Source: the human T2T-CHM13v2.0 reference genome, Homo sapiens
NCBI RefSeq assembly: GCF_009914755.1
Contig: NC_060925.1
Direction: 5' to 3' (one strand)
DNA: 64,000 bases
Position 1 is the first letter of the stretch. Each line of letters starts with the position of its first letter. The position numbers and the translations under genes are program-made. Below, one piece after another: positions 61,591 through 64,000 of this stretch. The notes under the pieces are model-generated. The model was given only the letters and a program-made list of their open reading frames with translations, was not told the DNA's origin and did no database searches.

Positions 61591-61959
61591 TGGAAAAGAT
61601 CTTAGAGACTGCTTGCTATATTAAGTTTTAAAAACCCCTTCATTGGGTCATTTAAAATAGTGCTATTTATCTCATGTTTGTGGGCCAGTTTGAGAAGCAT
61701 GTGGATGAGAAAGCCTCATATAATATTTTCTTAGGTCCAATTACCTTGAATATTAGCTTGAGCACTGTTAAGTGCCCTGAGGGAATATCTATGTCTTATA
61801 TACTTTTGAATTATCAGCACCTAACCCAGGTCCTGACACTTAACATTTAATAAATAATAAATAATGATGAAGGTAACTCTCATTTATGGCACACTTGATA
61901 CAGACACAGTGATAACTTCTTTATATAAATCATACCATTGTATTCTTATTTTGTATTTG

Positions 61960-62106
61960 TTTATTTTTTAGAGACAAGTTCTTGCTCTGTTGTCCAAGCT
62001 GGAGTGCAATGACAATCATAGTTCACTCTAACCTCAAACTTCTGGGCTTAAGTTATCCTTTGGCCTCAGCCTTCTGAATAGGTGGGACTACAAATGAGGC
62101 ATCATA

Positions 62107-62142
<36 letters not shown>

Positions 62143-62265
62143 TGTATGTGTGAGATATGAAGTCTTACTATGTTGTGAGGCTGGTCTCCAACTCCTGGTC
62201 TCAGGTGATTGTTCTGCCTTGTCCTCCCAAAGTGCTGGGATTACAGGTTTGAATCACTGCACCCT
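61960..62265 (-). mobile_element. AluJ with an internal (TG)n microsatellite (~62112-62152)
   Basis: Diverged Alu arms flanking a gt repeat. Confidence 0.8.
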
Positions 62266-62385
62266 TCCCCCTTGCATTCTACAGTAATTTCACCACAATG
62301 TTACCAAGAAATTTAACAACTTGTTAATATTACAAAGCTACCAAGTAAGGTTTGAACCCAAGTCTTCCTCTAAAACCCATATTAT

Positions 62386-63976
62386 TGTGTCCGGAATTGG
62401 TGGGTTCTCGGTCTCACTGACTTCAAGAATGAAGCCGCGGACCCTAGCGGTGAGTGTTACAGCTCTTAAGGTGGCGCGTCTGGATTCTGTCCCTTCTGAT
62501 GTTTGGATGTGTTTGGAGTTTCTTCCTTTTGGTGGGTTGGTAGTATCGCTGGCTCAGGAGTGAAGCTGCAGACCTTCGCGGTGAGTGTTACAGCTCTTAA
62601 GGCCGCGCATCTGGAGTTGTTTGTTCCTCCCAGTGGGCTCGTGGTCTGGCTGGGCTCAGGAGTGAAACTGCAGATCTTCGTGGTGAGTGTTACAGCTCAT
62701 AAAAGCAGCGTGGACCCAGAGTGAGCAGTAGCAAGATTTATTGCAAAGAGCAAAAGAACAAAGCACCCACACTGCGGAAAGGGACCCGAGCGGGTTGCCA
62801 ATGCTGGCTCCAGCAGCCTGCTTTTATTCTCTTATCTAGCCCCACCCACATCCTGCTGATTGGTAGAGCCCAGTGGCCTGTTTTGTCAGGGCACTGATTG
62901 GTGCGTTTACAATCCCTGAGCTTGATACAAAGGTTCTCCACCTCCCCATCACATTAGTTAGATACAGAGTTTGGACACACAGGTTCTCCAAGGCCCCACC
63001 AGAGCAGCTAGATACACAGTGTCGATTGGTGCATTCACAAACCTTGAGCTAAACACAGGGTGCTGATTGGTGTGTTTACAAACCTTGAGCTACATACAGA
63101 GTGCCGATTGGTGTATTTACAATCCCTGAGCTAGATACAGAGTGCCGATTGGTGTGTTTACAATCCCTGAGCTAGACATAAAGGTTCTCCAAGGCCCCAC
63201 CAGAGCAGCTAGATACACAGTGTCCATTGGTGCACTCACAAACCTTGAGCTAAACACAGGGTGCTGATTGGTGTATTTACAATCCCTGAGCTAGACATAA
63301 AGACTCTCCAGGTCCCCACTAGACTCAGAAGCCCAACTGGCTTCACCTAGTGGATCCCGCACAGGGGCTGCAGGTGGAGCTACCTGCCAGTCCCCTGCCG
63401 TGCGCTCGCATTCCTCAGCCCTTGGGTGGTCCATGGGACTGGGCGCCATGGAGCAGGGGGTGGTGCTTGTCGGGGAGGCTGGGGCCGCACAGGAGCCCAT
63501 GGAGTGGGTGGGAGGCTCAGGCATGGCGGGCTGCAGGTCCGGAGCCCTGCCCTGCGGGAACGCAGCTAAGGCTCGGTGAGAAATAGAGCGCAGCGCCGGT
63601 GGGCTGGCACTGCTGGGGGACCCAGTACACTCTCCGCAGCCACTGGCCCGGGTGCTAAGTCCCTCATTGCCCAGGGCCAACAGGGCTGGCCGGCTGCTCC
63701 GAGTGCTGGGCCGCCAAGCCCACGCCCGCCCACCCGGAACTCCAGCTGGCCCGCAAGCGCCGCACGCAGCCGCGGTTCCCGCTGGCGCCTCTCCCTCCAC
63801 ACCTCCCTGCAAGCTGAGGGAGCCGGCTCTGGCCTTGGCCAGCCTAGAAAGGGGCTCCCACAGTGCAGTGGTGGGCTGAAGGGCTCCTCAAATGCCGCCA
63901 AAGTGGGAGCCCAGGCAGAGGAGGTGCCAAGAGCAAGCGAGGGCTCTGAGGACTGCCAGCACGCTGTCACCTGTCA
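62386..63976 (-). mobile_element. ERV9 solo LTR12C upstream of GBP2, same orientation
   Basis: Minus strand starts TGACAGGTGACAGCGTGCTGGCAGTCCTC and ends CCAATTCCGGACACA; 4-bp TSD TTAT at 62382-62385 and 63977-63980; ~40-bp CCAAT tandem array 62860-63300; CpG-rich 5' part. Confidence 0.94.
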
Positions 63977-64000
63977 TTATCAACAACTTGACTAAAATAC

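Noticed and set aside
62860-63300. Regularly spaced repeats that superficially resemble a CRISPR array
   Set aside because: Tandem ERV9 enhancer units without unique spacers, in a primate genome
63291-63995. Several long overlapping ORFs (134-173 aa)
   Set aside because: They fall in the GC-rich U3 of LTR12C, where stop codons are scarce; no protein-family resemblance

Overview
Human (hominid) genomic DNA from the guanylate-binding protein cluster (recognised as the GBP1-GBP2 interval, chr1p22.2). All genes are on the minus strand. The left end holds non-coding exon 1 and the classic GAS/ISRE/NF-kB promoter of GBP1. The right third holds the complete 11-exon GBP2 gene (1776-nt CDS, 591 aa, CNIL CaaX box, one U12-type intron), with a solo LTR12C just upstream. 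The ~40-kb intergenic region is mostly retroelements: solo LTR5_Hs, LTR8, LTR47-like, MER11, THE1, MLT1/MER61, a near full-length L1PA7/8 and older L1s, Alus and Tigger2. It also holds an LTR-less HERV-K (probably HML-10) pol-env fragment fused to an inverted env piece and an L1 5'UTR, and a PTGES3 (p23) retrocopy with an intact 160-codon ORF just downstream of and co-oriented with GBP2. The leads most worth checking are possible GBP2 read-through or in-frame splicing into the p23 retrocopy, a GAS+ISRE enhancer candidate ~4.9 kb upstream of GBP1, decay of the GBP1-type ISRE/GAS in the GBP2 promoter next to LTR12C, and the chimeric HERV-K/L1 insertion. Repeat subfamily names come from recalled consensus sequences, not a database search.
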